From the NCBI RefSeq assembly GCF_044704955.1, contig NC_091995.1, forward strand, positions 4,340,001 through 4,404,000: DNA of 64,000 nucleotides, in the 5' to 3' direction. Made by a program: the position numbers and the translations under genes. Source of the DNA: Pristiophorus japonicus (Eukaryota). Shown piece by piece: positions 1 to 11,534 of the stretch; positions within the stretch are counted from its first letter, which is position 1; every line of letters begins with the position of its first letter. The notes under the pieces were generated by a model, which did not search any database, was not told the origin of the DNA, and worked only from the letters and a program-made list of their open reading frames with translations.

Positions 1-755
1 CGCTTTGAGACGCTCGATGGTCATGGAAGGTGGTGTAGAAATCAAAGTCTTTCTTTTTGATGCTTTTTTTAACCACTTTCTCACCCTACCCTGCCACGTA
101 CAATGATTTGGGTACATATTCACCCAGGTCTCTCTGTTCCTGCACCCCCTTTAGAATTGTACACCAGTTTTTATTGCCTCTCCTCGTTCTTGCTTCCAAA
201 GTGTCTCACTTCGCACTTTTTGGTGTTTGCTTAAAAGATAAAAAGATGTAGGAGAATCTGTCTGCCCACCCGCCCCACAGACACCGCCCCCCGTCTCATC
301 CTGGGGCCCTCCCTCGACACGGAGATACCTGGCATAGCCCCACCACCAGACCGTCTCTCCCCTTCCCCCCCCTCCACACACACACTGGGCCCGGTTCCCC
401 GGAGCCGCTGCCCCCCACATTCGGCCCTCTCCCCCCGGGCCTGGATCCTCTCCCTCCCCCACCACCCGGCTCACCGCCCCACAAACAGCACCAACACCGC
501 CACCCATCTCACCCTGGGGCCCCAACACACCGTCCACCAACACGGAGAGCACCAGCACCGTCCCTCTCTCCCTCTCCACACCCGGCCTTCTCTCTCCCAC
601 ACTCACTGGGCCCGGATCCCCAGACCCTCGCGCCCTCTCCTCTCCCCGGGGTCCCGGCTCACTCCCTCACTCCCCCAACACACTTCCCGCCCAGACCCTC
701 TCTCCCCCTCAAAGCAGAAGCCGCGGAACGCCCCCCGCTTTGCCCGCGGACCCGC

Positions 756-819
756 CTTTCTGCAGCGCCTGGTATTTCTCCAGCTCCGCCTGAAGCTTCC
801 GCTGCACCGTCTCCGCCAT
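756..819 (-). CDS. PFDN6: Prefoldin subunit 6, first coding exon; rest of gene outside window
   Basis: Encodes MAETVQRKLQAELEKYQALQK plus 1 nt, matching the recalled human PFDN6 N-terminus MAELIQKKLQGEVEKYQQLQK(D). Start context AAGATGG, CpG-rich surroundings, 64-nt phase-1 exon followed by GCGGGT. Confidence 0.88.
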
Positions 820-859
820 CTTCTCTCCCGTCACCTGAGCAACGGGCCTGACCCCTGAC

Positions 860-1060
860 CCCCGTTGCCCCAGCGTCACAGCACGGCCGGCCGCACGTGA
901 CTCTCCCCGGTCCCGCCCCCTGCTGCACGTCAGCGAGCCCAGGGATAGGGCCATGTGACCCTGCCACCCTCCTGGCCTGACGTCACAGAGCCCGGGACAG
1001 GGCCACGTGACCCCGGCCAAGCGCCACATGACGTCGCAGCTCCACCACATGACATCGGAA
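860..1060. promoter_or_regulatory. CpG-rich PFDN6 promoter with E-box/CRE cluster
   Basis: CACGTGAC at 894 and 1004, CATGTGAC at 952, perfect CRE TGACGTCA at 978-985, plus further CACGTCA/CACATGAC sites. Confidence 0.6.
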
Positions 1061-1352
1061 TTTCCCCAAACCCACCTGAACCCCCAACCCACCTGAAACC
1101 CCCCCTCCCTCAAGCCCGCCTGAATCCCCCGGACCCATCTGAACCCCCCTAGACTATACCTCAATCCCCCGGACCCCCCCTGAACTCCCCAGACCCCACC
1201 GAACACCCCCAACCTCCTCTCCCGGAACCCCCTGGACCCAAAATCTCCTGAATCCCCCAGCGTCCCCTGAACCCACCAGACCCCCAACCACCCTGAAGCC
1301 ACCGAACCCCCCCAGACCCACCTGAACCGCCCGGACGCATCTGAACCCCCAC
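1060..1352. repeat. C-rich degenerate tandem repeat
   Basis: Repeated CCTGAACCCCC / CCCCGGACCC motifs. Confidence 0.6.
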
Positions 1353-1354
1353 CT

Positions 1355-1719
1355 GAGGGGGCTCGACAAGGTAGATGCAGAGAGGATGTTTCAACTCGTG
1401 GGCGAATCTAGAACTAGAGGGTGTAGTTTCAGAATAAGGGGCCGTGCATTTAAAACGGAGATAGGAGGAATTTCTTCTCTCAGAAGGTCGTGTATCTGTG
1501 GAATTCTCTGCCTCACAAAGCTGTGGAGGCTAGGTCATTGAATATTTAATGTGGAGAAAGACAGATTTTTGAGCGATAAGGGAATAAAGGGTTATTGGGA
1601 GTGGGCAGGGAAGTGGAACTGAGCCCAAGATCCGATCAGCCATGATCTTATTAAATAGTGGAGCGGCTCGAGGGGCCAAATGGCCGACTCCTGCTCCTAT
1701 TTCTTTTGTTCTTATGTTC
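1355..1719 (+). mobile_element. CR1 LINE 3' fragment
   Basis: ORF2 C-terminal sequence and 3'UTR ending ...CTCCTGCTCCTATTTCTTTTGTTCTTATGTTC; matches other CR1 tails in the window. Confidence 0.85.
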
Positions 1720-1987
1720 ATTACAGGGTAAACAGATCACTGTTGGACTCGGCAGCAGATAGGAAGGTCCGTGGATAGAAGAGGGAACGGGAGCAGCAGC
1801 AGCAACAAAAGATTTCAGCCATCAGAGTGAGTGCTCTCTCCGCTGTCTCTCTCGGGCCTGGGTCCCCCCACCCCCGCTCTCGGGCCTGGGTCCCCTCCTC
1901 TCTTGGCCCTGGAAACCCCCCCCCCCTCTCTCGGACCTGGGTCCACCCCTCCTCCCTCGGGCCTGGGTCCACCCTCTCTCGGGCCTG

Positions 1988-4900
1988 CGTAGAGGCCCAA
2001 CCTACTCAACCATCCCTCACAAATCAACCTCCTCATCTCTGGAATCAACCTAGTAAACCTTCTCTGAATTGTCTCCAAAGCAAGTATATCCTTTCGTAAA
2101 TATGGAAATATGGAAACCAAAACTGCACGCAGTATTCCAGGTGTGGCCTCACCAATACCCTGTATAACTGCAGCAAGACTTCCCTGCTTTTATACTCTAT
2201 CCCCTTTGCAATAAAGGCCAAGATTCCATTGGCCTTCCTGATCATTTGCTGTACCTGCATACTAACCTTTTCGTGTTTCATGTACCGGGACCCCCAGGTC
2301 CTGCTGTACTGCAGCACTTTGCAATCTTTTTCCATTTAAATAATAACTTGCTCTTTGATTTTTTTCTGCCAAAGTGCATGACCTCACACTTTCCAATATT
2401 ATACTCCATCTGTCAAATTTTTGCCCACTCACTTAGCCTGTCTATGTCCTTTTGCAGATTTCTTGGGTCCTCCTCACACATTGCTTTTCCTCCCATCTTT
2501 GTATCGTCAGAAAACTTAGAAGAAGGGACCGAGTGTAAAGTAGCCAAGTCGTTAATAGATTGTAAATAGTTGGGGTCCCAGCACTGATCCCTGCGGCACC
2601 CCACTAGTTACTGATTGCCAACCCGAGAATGAACCATTTATCCTGACTGTTTTGTTTTCTGTTGGTTAGCCAATCCTTTATCCATGCTAATATATTACCC
2701 CCAACCCCGTGAACTTTTATCTTGTGCAGTAACCTTTTATATGGCACCTTGTCAAATGTCTTCTGGAAGTCCAAATACATCACATCCACTGGTTCCCCTT
2801 TATCCACCTGTTGGTTACATCCTCAAAGAATGCCAGCAAATTTGTCAAACATGACTTACCCTTCATAAATCCATGCTGACTCAGCCTGACCGAATTTTGA
2901 TTTTCCAAATGTCCTGCTACTGCTTCTTTAATAATGGACTCCAACAATTTCCCAACCACAGATGTTAGGCTAACTGGTCTATAGTTTCCTGCTTTTTGTC
3001 TGCCTCCTTTTTTAAATAGGGGCGTTACATTTGCAGTTTTCCAATCTGCTGGGACCTCCGCAGAGTTCAGGGAATTTTGGTAAATTACAACCAATGCATC
3101 CACAATCCTTGTCGCTACTTCTCTTAAGACCCTAGGATGAAAGCCATCAGGTCCAGGGGATTTATCTGCCTTTAGTCCCATTATCTTACTGAGTACCACC
3201 TCCTTAGTGATTGTGATTGTGTTAAGTTCCTCCCCGCCTATAGCCCCTTGACTATCCACTGTTGGGATATTGTTAGTGTCCTCTACCGTGAAGACTGATA
3301 CAAAATATTTGTTCAGAGTTTCTGCCAGCTCCATGTTCCCCATTACTAATTCCCCAGTCTCGCCACTCATTTCCTTTTTATATACCTATAGAAACTCTTG
3401 CTATCTGTTTTTATATTTCGTACTAGTTTACTTTCATAGTCTATCTTTCCTTTCTTAATCATTTTTTTAGTCATCCTTTGCTGGCTTTTGAAAGCTTCCC
3501 AATCTTCTGTCCTCCCACTAGTTTTGGCCACATTGTATGCCCTTGTTTTTAAATTGGATACAGTCCTTTATTTCTTTAGTTAGCCACGGATGGCTATCTT
3601 TTCTCTTACACCCTTTCCTCCTCACTGGAATATATTTTTCTTGAGAGTTATGAAATATCCCCTTAAATGTATGCCAGTGTTCATCAACCGTCCTACACTT
3701 TAATCTATTTTCCCACTCCACTTTCGTTAACTCTGCCCTCATATCTTTGTAGTCTCCTTTATTTAAGCTCAGTACGCTAGTTAGAGGTTCAGCTTTCTCA
3801 CCCTCCATCTGAATTTGAAATTCAATCATGCTATGATCACTCATTCCAAGGGGATCCTTTACTAGTAGATTGTTTATTAATCCTGTCTCATTATACAGGA
3901 CCAGATCTAAGATAGCCTGCCCCCTGGTTGGTTACGTTACATACTGCTCAAGGAATCCGTCCCTTATGCACTCTATGAACTTTTCCTTAAGGCAACCCTG
4001 ACCAATTTGATTTGTCCAATCAATATGGAGGTTCAAATCATGTATGATTATTGCTGTTCTCTTTTTGCAAGCCCCCACTATTTCCTGGTTTATGCTCCGA
4101 CCAACAGAGTTGCTACTGTTAGGGGGTCTATAGACTACGCCCACCAGTGACTTTTTCCCCTTATTATTCCTTATCTCCTCCCAAACTGTTTCAACATCCT
4201 GATCATTTAAGCCAATATCATTTCTCACTATTGCAGTGATCCCATCCTTTATCAATAGAGCTACCCCACCTCCTTTTCCTTTCTGTCTGACCTTCCGGAT
4301 TGTCAAATACCCCATAATATTTAATTCCCAGTCCTGGTCACGTCTCTGTAATGGCTATCAGATCATACCCATTTGATTCAATTTGAGCCGTCAACTCATC
4401 TATTTTGATACAAAAGCTGAGTCCTTTAAATTTGTTTTTTTACTTTTTTTCCTGCTCGTTTCCTCTCCTTCAAACTCTCTTTCGTTATTTTTGCTTTCTA
4501 ATTCCAGCTTTACTCCTCTCCCTACTGAATCTATTTTCAAGTTCCCATCCCCCTGCCAAGCTAGTTTAAACTCTCCCCAACAGCAAACTCCCCCGCGAGG
4601 ATATTGGTCCCAGCTCTGTTGAGGTGCACCGGTCCGGCTTGTACAGGTCCCACCTCCCCCAGAAGCAGTCCCAATGCCTCAGGAAATTAAAGCACTCCCA
4701 CCTGCACCATCTCTTCAGCCATGTATTCATTTGCTCGAGAGGTGGGCGCCGGAGGGACTGGAGTGCATCATCACCCCCGGCAACCAAATTTTAATTTGAT
4801 TTTACATGTTTTCAAGTTTAATTTGTTTTAATTGCCGGGGCTTTAGTGTCCCCCTCCCCTTTTATAGGGGGCACTTGTAAATTATGTAATTTTAATGTCC

Positions 4901-5890
4901 CAAAAAAACACAAAAAAAACAAAAATAAAACCCCCCAAAAAAAAGAAAAAAGAGGGCAGTTAAAAGTGTCTGGAGTGTCCCCCAGATCGGGGGGGGGGGG
5001 CACTTGATCTAATGTTCATTTTGTTCCCCCCCAAAAGAGTTGTATTCATCTGCTCTATCCTCCTACTTCTGTATTCACTAACTCGTGGCACTGGGAGTAA
5101 TTGGAGATTACTACCTTTGAGGTCCTGCTTTTTAATCTCTCTCCTAGCTCCCTAAACTCTGCCTACACGACCTCATCCCTCTTCCTACCTATGTCACTGG
5201 TACCAATGTGGACCACAACCTCTGGCTGTTCATCCTCTCCCCCAGAATGCCCTGCAGCTGCTCAGTGACATCCTTGAACCTGGCACTAGGGAGACAACAT
5301 ACCATCCGAGAGTCACGTCTGCAGCTGCAGAAACACCTGTCTTCTCCCCTGACTATTGAATTCCCTACCATTATAGCTCTTCCATTCTTCTTCCATCCCC
5401 CCCCCCGCCCCCGTCCAGTGCAGATGAGCAACCCGTGGTGCTGTGGACTTGGCTCTGGCTGCACTCCCCAGAGCCACCATCGCCTTCACCGGTATTCTCC
5501 GATTGGAGAGCGAGATGGACTCAAGGGACTCCTGCACTCCCTGCCTAGTCCTCCTCTTCTGTCTGGCAGTCACCCAATCCCTATCTGCCTGCACACTCTT
5601 AAGCTGCGGGGTGACCACTTCTAGAAACGTGCTAGCCACGTAGCTCTCAGTCCCGTGGATGCACCGCAGTGACTCCAGCCGCCACTCAAGCTCCAAAACA
5701 CGGAGCTCGAGTTGGTGTAGCTGGAGACACCTCCTGCACACATGGTCGTCCTGGCTGCGCAAAGCATCCAGGATTTCCCACATGCTACAGGATGTGCAAT
5801 CCATGGGACTGAGCTGCCCTGCCAACCCTCTAGTTACACTCGCAACTATCAAGAAGATCTAAACCTTAGCAAAACACCCCAGCCGCTACT
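1988..5890 (-). mobile_element. Near full-length degenerate CR1 LINE (ORF1 zinc finger/esterase; ORF2 endonuclease and RT), 3' end missing
   Basis: ORF1 CxxC...CxxC motif (5313-5852) and esterase-like VGNSIVRG (5189-5464); APE motif VYRPP (3932-4315); RT motifs KSPGPDG, NYRPVSLTS, FSDDTK. Confidence 0.92.
4737..5040 (+). mobile_element. 5'-truncated Tx1-like non-LTR element inserted in CR1
   Basis: Starts with RWAPEGLECIITPGNQILI* (Tx1-like ORF2 end) followed by a 3'UTR. 15-bp TSD TGTATTCAT(T/C)TGCTC at 4722-4736 and 5041-5055. Confidence 0.7.
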
Positions 5891-7194
5891 CAGCAAACAG
5901 CTGATTTAATGAACTGGTTCTCCTTAGATAAAGATCACATATATTTAATTGCAGTTCCTAACTTACAACAATGCCAAAGGTTTCTATCGCGGTACTCTAA
6001 TTATGTTTCACAACTCATTTGGTAGGAACAGTCGAGCAGTCTGCAGACCCGGATCACATCTGAGTTCACTAAAATGCACCAGATTCTCACTGAGAAAGAG
6101 CAGCGTTTAATCCGAGATCTCGGAACAAAATGGAGAAAAACCTTCGAAAAATTCAAGAGAATTTAAATTATATTAAGGAAGAGCTCTCGAAGTTACAGAA
6201 AGAGATGGAGCAAAAAGACGGGCTGACATTTCTGAAGGTGAGGATTATATCACGGGTCAGTTCAATGAAACTTCAGTCACAAAATAACCGATGATAACTG
6301 AAATAAGTGCAGTATTTGCTGAATATTTCAAAACTGATTTAAACCGATTGTTTTGTCTATTTCGGGGTGGTTCTGTTCACAGTGAATTAATCAGCTCCCA
6401 CAGTGTCCGCACAATCCCAGGAATACCTGAGACCTCCTGGAAGTCACTTTGCAATCGAGTTCCAGTCCCATGTTGTGAGTGTGTGGGTGTGTGTGGTACG
6501 GTGGGTGTGACAGTCACTGTGGCTGTGAATGGCACTGATGTTGAGTTCCAGTATCTGACACAAATCAGACGTTTGAATTACTTACAATCATAGAATCCTA
6601 CAGCACAAAGGCCCACTAGTTAAAAGAGCGATCCAATTAGTCCCACTCCCTGACCCCTGCTCTTTCCCCATGGCCCTGAAACTATTTTTACCTTTTTGAA
6701 GTTTATATCCAATTCTGCAGTGTTTTGTGGTGTGACCTGGTACTTGGTGAAATGGAATGAGGGTGAAAGATTGGAAACATTTCACAAAACTGTCTGTGGG
6801 TCAACACCACTGATAGAGCCTTGCACACAATAGGTGGCTTATTGGACATTTCAAGGCCCTGATTTTCACTCCCTATAATGTCGATGAAGGTAAAATAGTG
6901 GGAAGTGATTGACTGTTAGTGGGAAGAGGTGAAGCAAGATTTTCTGATCATCCACACACTATGTGCAAGGCTTCACTGGTGATACTGGGTGTTGGATAAC
7001 TCTACCCTCGAGGTTTATATCAGTGGGGTCAGAGGTGAGGTTGGTTGATGCAATAGTTCTGCTCTGCATTTTCTACCTCAGGGTGCATCAGAGAAGATGA
7101 GCAGAGCCCAGAGGTAGGACTGGAATTCTGAATCATGCAGGAGGGTCGGTTTGAGGCTCTGATTTCTGGAGAGGGAATAATTGGTGCATGTCCT

Positions 7195-7708
7195 TGTTAA
7201 TGAAAATAAATTCACATAGACTCTAGTAAAGTAAGAGAGACACCTTTATTGCTAACAGAGCTCTGGGAGAAGAGTTGAGGTCCCGCGACCTGCGAATCAC
7301 CTTCTCCCAGAGTGCCTTGTGCCGCGGGGTTATAAGCAGTTTATAGGGGGCGGAATACAATCATTTAAATTCATTTACATACAACCAATCAATCCATATG
7401 GCAACGCAATTCATTTACATACAACCAATCAATCCATATGGCAACGCAATTCATTTACATACAACTTTTTAGTCCTAGTGAAACCTGATAGCATGGCGTG
7501 AGTTTGGGGGCCCTTCCTCTGTATCTTCTTTTGTGGTTAGTTATTCTGTTGCAAAGCTTTCTATGAAACTGTGGCCTGCACCTGGCCAGGAGTCACTTGT
7601 TGCTGCAGAGTTCATATCAGGGACAGCAGATAGGCTTCTTGGTACAAAGTTCATTTAGTGGTAGCTTACCCCATCCTGCTTTGCTATGTCCGAAAATCCA
7701 CTCCAACA
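7195..7708 (-). mobile_element. Solo LTR (ERV- or Gypsy-like)
   Basis: TGTT...AACA termini; TATA-like motif near 7340 and AATAAA near 7245 on the minus strand; internal 40-bp tandem duplication. TSD only partial (GTCCT / GTCT). Confidence 0.6.
7368..7465. repeat. 40-bp perfect tandem repeat, about 2.4 copies
   Basis: Unit AATTCATTTACATACAACCAATCAATCCATATGGCAACGC. Confidence 0.95.
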
Positions 7709-7712
7709 GTCT

Positions 7713-8440
7713 CATCATCATCATAGGCAGCCCTTCGACATCGAGGAAGACTTGCTTCCACTCTAAAAGTGAGTTCTCAGGTGACTGTACAGTCCAATGC
7801 GGGAATTACAGTCTCTGTCACAGTTGGAGCAGACAGTAGTTGAAGGAAAGGATGGGTGAGGAGTCTGGTTTGCCGCATGCTCCTTCCGCTGTCGGTGCTT
7901 GATTTCTGCATGCTCTCGGTGACGAGACTCGAGGTGCTCGTCCTCCCGATGCCCTTCCTCCACTTTGGGCAGTCTTAGGCCAGGGATTCCCAGGTGCCAG
8001 TGGGGATGTTGCACTATTAAGGAGGCTTTGAGGGTGTCCTTGAAATGCTTCCTCTGCCAACCTGGGGCTCACTTGCCGTGTAGGAATTCTAAGTAGAGCG
8101 CTTGCTTAGGGAGTCTCGTGTCGGGCATGCATATGATGTGGCCCGCCCAACGGAGCTGGTAGAGTGTGGTCAGTGCTTCGATGCTGGGGATGTTAGCCTG
8201 AGTGAGAACACTGATGTTGGTGAGTCTATCCTCCCAGTGGATTTGCGGAGGCAGCGCTGGTGGTCCTTCTCCAGCGCTTTGAGATGTCTACTGTATATAG
8301 TACACGTGTCTGAGGGCGGGTATCAATACTGCCTTGTAGACCATAAACTTGGTGCCAGATTTGAGGTCCTAGTCTTCAAACACTCTCTTCCTCAGGCAAA
8401 CGAAGGCTGCATTGTCACACTGAAGGCGATGCATGTCCTA
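7713..8440 (-). mobile_element. RTE-clade LINE 3' fragment
   Basis: C-terminal CSNCDRDCNSRIGLYSH motif, (ATG)n tail, upstream LRWAGH-like segment. Confidence 0.85.
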
Positions 8441-8988
8441 TTGGCCCAATGTCACCACATGTAATGTGGGATCGCTGGGCTTGCTTCAGGGACAATTATC
8501 TGTCCTGGACCGTGTCTAGTGTAGGTTCCAGGAGAAGATGGATTCCTTCTCTGTGGGTGATGGGGTCCCTGAATTTGGGGCTTTCCCGGTTGTTGCAGTT
8601 TTGCTTGTATTCCTGGTCAGGCTGTTGCTCAGCTCATGATGTGGGCCGCAGCTTCTTCCTCAACTTCTTCATTCTCCTGCTCCCACTGTTCTAGTTCCCC
8701 TCTTGGATTCTTTATTCTTTCCCTTTCTCCCCTTTCTCCTTTGTTAGCTCTTTTCCTCCATTCTTCAGCAGTATCTCTTCTTTCTTTTGCTGCAGCAATC
8801 TTGTATTTCCATTTCTTCTTCTGAAGTTTTATTTTAAATTCAGTTCCCCTCTTCATTTTTTTTATCTTATTAACTTTTTACCTTTTTCCTTCCGTTCTCT
8901 CTTTTCTCCTGGTGTTGGTGCTTTCTCCCTCTCCACACATCGACAGCGCTGATTAGTGGTGTGTGGGGCCCGCTTCCAGAGAGATTGC

Positions 8989-9140
8989 GGTAAAATTAGT
9001 CTGGGTAGTAACACAACATGGGCGATTGTAAATCACCCAACATTAATTCCCACTGAAGTGCATTGAAATGAATATTGAGCAGAGCGTGATATGAGCTGAT
9101 AATTCACGATCGCCTCAAACAGTCAGAGACCAATTTCACC
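8989..9140. mobile_element. MITE-like element
   Basis: Ends GGTAAAATTAGTCT...AGACCAATTTCACC; related to 36697-36810. Confidence 0.5.
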
Positions 9141-9369
9141 AACTGTGTCTCCAACCCACATTCGAGCTCCTGTCACTGATTCCTTGTTAATTTTTAAGGC
9201 CGTGATGCCCTCTGCAGGCAATGAGAATAGCGGGAGATTGGGGCTGCAGAGTTCCTCACAGTGGGTCAAGAGTGGTACAGGATGTCAGAGGCAAAAGAAA
9301 CCAACAGAAACCCACAACTAACTTCCCAGTGTCTGTGGAGCACTTTCTGACTGTCTTTCCACACACCCT

Positions 9370-10545
9370 GCTCTCTCCACCACCTCCCCCTCCACCCCCG
9401 CTCTCTCTCTCTCCCCCTCCACCCCCGCGCTCTCTCTCCCCCTCCACCCCCGCGCTCTCTCTCCCCCTCCACCCCCGCTCTCTCTCTCCCCCTCCACCCC
9501 CGCTCTCTCCCTCCCCCTCCACTCCCGCTCTCTCCCTCCCCCTCCACCCCCGCTCTCTCTCCCCCTCCACCCCCGCTCTCTCCCTCCCCCCCCCCGCTCT
9601 CTCTCTCCCCCTCCACCCCCGCTCTCTCTCTCCCCCTCCACCCCCGCGCTCTCTCTCCCCCTCCACCCCCGCGCTCTCTCTCCCCCTCCACCCCCGCTCT
9701 CTCTCTCCCCCTCCACCCCCGCTCTCTCCCTCCCCCTCCACTCCCGCTCTCTCCCTCCCCCTCCACCCCCGCTCTCTCTCCCCCTCCACCCCCGCTCTCT
9801 CCCTCCCCCCCCCCGCTCTCTCTCTCCCCCTCCACCCCCGCTCTCTCTCTCCCCCTCCACCCCCGCTCTCTCCCCCTCCACTCCCGCTCTCTCCCTCTCC
9901 CTCCACCCCCGCTCTCTCTCTCCCCCTCCACCCCCGCTCTCTCTCTCTCCCCCTCCACCCCCGCTCTCTCTCTCCCCCTCCACCCCCGCTCTCTCTCTCT
10001 CCCCCTCCACCCCCGCTCTCTCTCTCTCCCCCTCCACCCCCACTCTCTCTCTCTCCCCTCCACCCCCGCTCTCTCTCTCCCCCTCCACCCCCGCTCTCTC
10101 TCTCCCCCTCCACCACCGCTCGCTCTCTCACCCTCCACCACTGCTCGTTCTCTCTCCCTCCACCCCAGCTCGCTCTCTCCCTCCACCCCCGCTCGCTCTC
10201 TCTCCCCCTCCACCCCCGCTCTCTCTCTCTCCCCCTCCACCCCCGCTCTCTCTCTCTCCCCCTCCACCCCCGCTCTCTCTCTCCCCGTCCACCCCCGCTC
10301 TCTCTCCCCCTCCACCCCCGTGCTCTCTCTCCCCCTCCACCCCTCTCTCTCTCTTTCCTCTCCTCCCCCCACTCTCTCTCCTCCCCTCCCCCCGCGCTCT
10401 CTCCTCCCCTCCCCCCGCGCTCTCTGCTCCTCCCTCCTTCTCTCTCTCTCTCTCTCTCCTACTCCCCCCACTCCCACCTCCCCCTCTCTCTCCTACTCTC
10501 CCCCCCCCCCCCTCCCCCACTCTCTCTCATCCTCTCCCCTCTCGC
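9370..10545. repeat. Pyrimidine-rich minisatellite, variable unit of about 20-26 bp, CCCCCTCCACCCCCGC(TC)n
   Basis: Directly visible tandem array; source of the long spurious Pro/Ser and Gly/Glu/Arg ORFs. Confidence 0.95.
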
Positions 10546-10739
10546 GCTGTGTCCAGTGGTTTTTGGGTCTTTATCTCCAGGTGGTCAGGCCTGAAATCGA
10601 CTTACATCTACCCCTGGAATGGGAGCAGATTCCATGGATACAACCGACAGCCCGAGTGGGCCCTTAAAAAAGGAAAGAGTTTGAATAAATCACAGCAAGA
10701 AACTAATTCACAGATTGTGTTATTTTAACTTTCCCCCAG

Positions 10740-11257
10740 CTCCAGCCTCTCTGACTCTGGATCCGAACACAGCCCATCCTCGGCTCATCCTGACTCAGGG
10801 CCGGACCCGTGTGAGACTTCGAGACAAATGGCAGATGCTCCTTGACAACCCGGAGAGGTTTGATCCCTGGCTCCATGTCCTGGGATCGGAGGGATTCACT
10901 TCAGGAAGACATTACTGGGAGGTGGAGGTGGGGAACAAGAGTCGGTGGGGTATGGGAGTGACCCGAGAGTCTGCCGGGAGGAAAGGGGGATTCACCCCGA
11001 GCCCTGAGACCGGATACTGGATTGTGGGGCTGACACAAAGTGGATATTTTGCCCTCACCTCACCCGCAAGGACCCCCCTCACCCCAAGTGAGATTCCACG
11101 GAAGATAGGGGTGTACCTGGATTTTGAGGGTGGACAGGTGTCATTTTACAATGTGGAATACATGTCCCAATTCCACACTTTCACTGAGAAAATCTTTCCC
11201 ATCTTCAGTGAGAAAAACTCTGCACCGCTGACAATCTGCAGGGTTAAAGGTAACTAA
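10740..11257 (+). pseudogene. Orphan B30.2 (PRY/SPRY) exon, TRIM39/butyrophilin-like subtype; frame open but probably decaying
   Basis: Acceptor TTCCCCCAG; [38 protein letters not shown]. The C-terminus looks shortened and no linker exons were found upstream. Confidence 0.75.
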
Positions 11258-11534
11258 CAGGTCCATCCCATAATTTCAGCCTGCCTCCTTCCGTCGGTTT
11301 CAGTCACAGGTGGTGCAGATGGTCCAAATGTCAGCTGAGGTCAGGGCGGCTACAACCGAGTGACAATGTCTTGTTGGTGAGACGTGTTGTTTGATTGGTG
11401 CAATGGAACAAACTCGTGGCAACTGCTCCAGAGAATCCTGTCAAATTAATTAAAAACCTCAAGAACATTGAGAACCATCGGGGCCCAGAGACAGAGGAGA
11501 ATTAAACCACGGGCAGAAATACACCAAGGGAACA

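Larger units (their letters stand above)
1727..6237 (+). pseudogene. TRIM remnant 1: coiled-coil exons only (1727-1826 and 6026-6237)
   Basis: 1727-1826 is AG/GT-flanked and reads RSLLDSAADRK..*..EQQQQQKISAIR, homologous to the 96-nt exon of the intact gene but with an in-frame stop. 6026-6237 is homologous to the 234-nt exon with a 22-nt deletion (frameshift). Intron 6240-6590 matches the reverse complement of about 32770-33180. Confidence 0.8.

Noticed and set aside
709-1302. 197-aa ORF as a whole protein
   Set aside because: Only 21 codons match PFDN6; the rest is GC-rich promoter, repeat and intron.
9221-10667. Long Pro/Ser-rich and Gly/Glu/Arg-rich ORFs (up to 457 aa)
   Set aside because: By-products of a stop-free minisatellite, open in several frames on both strands.
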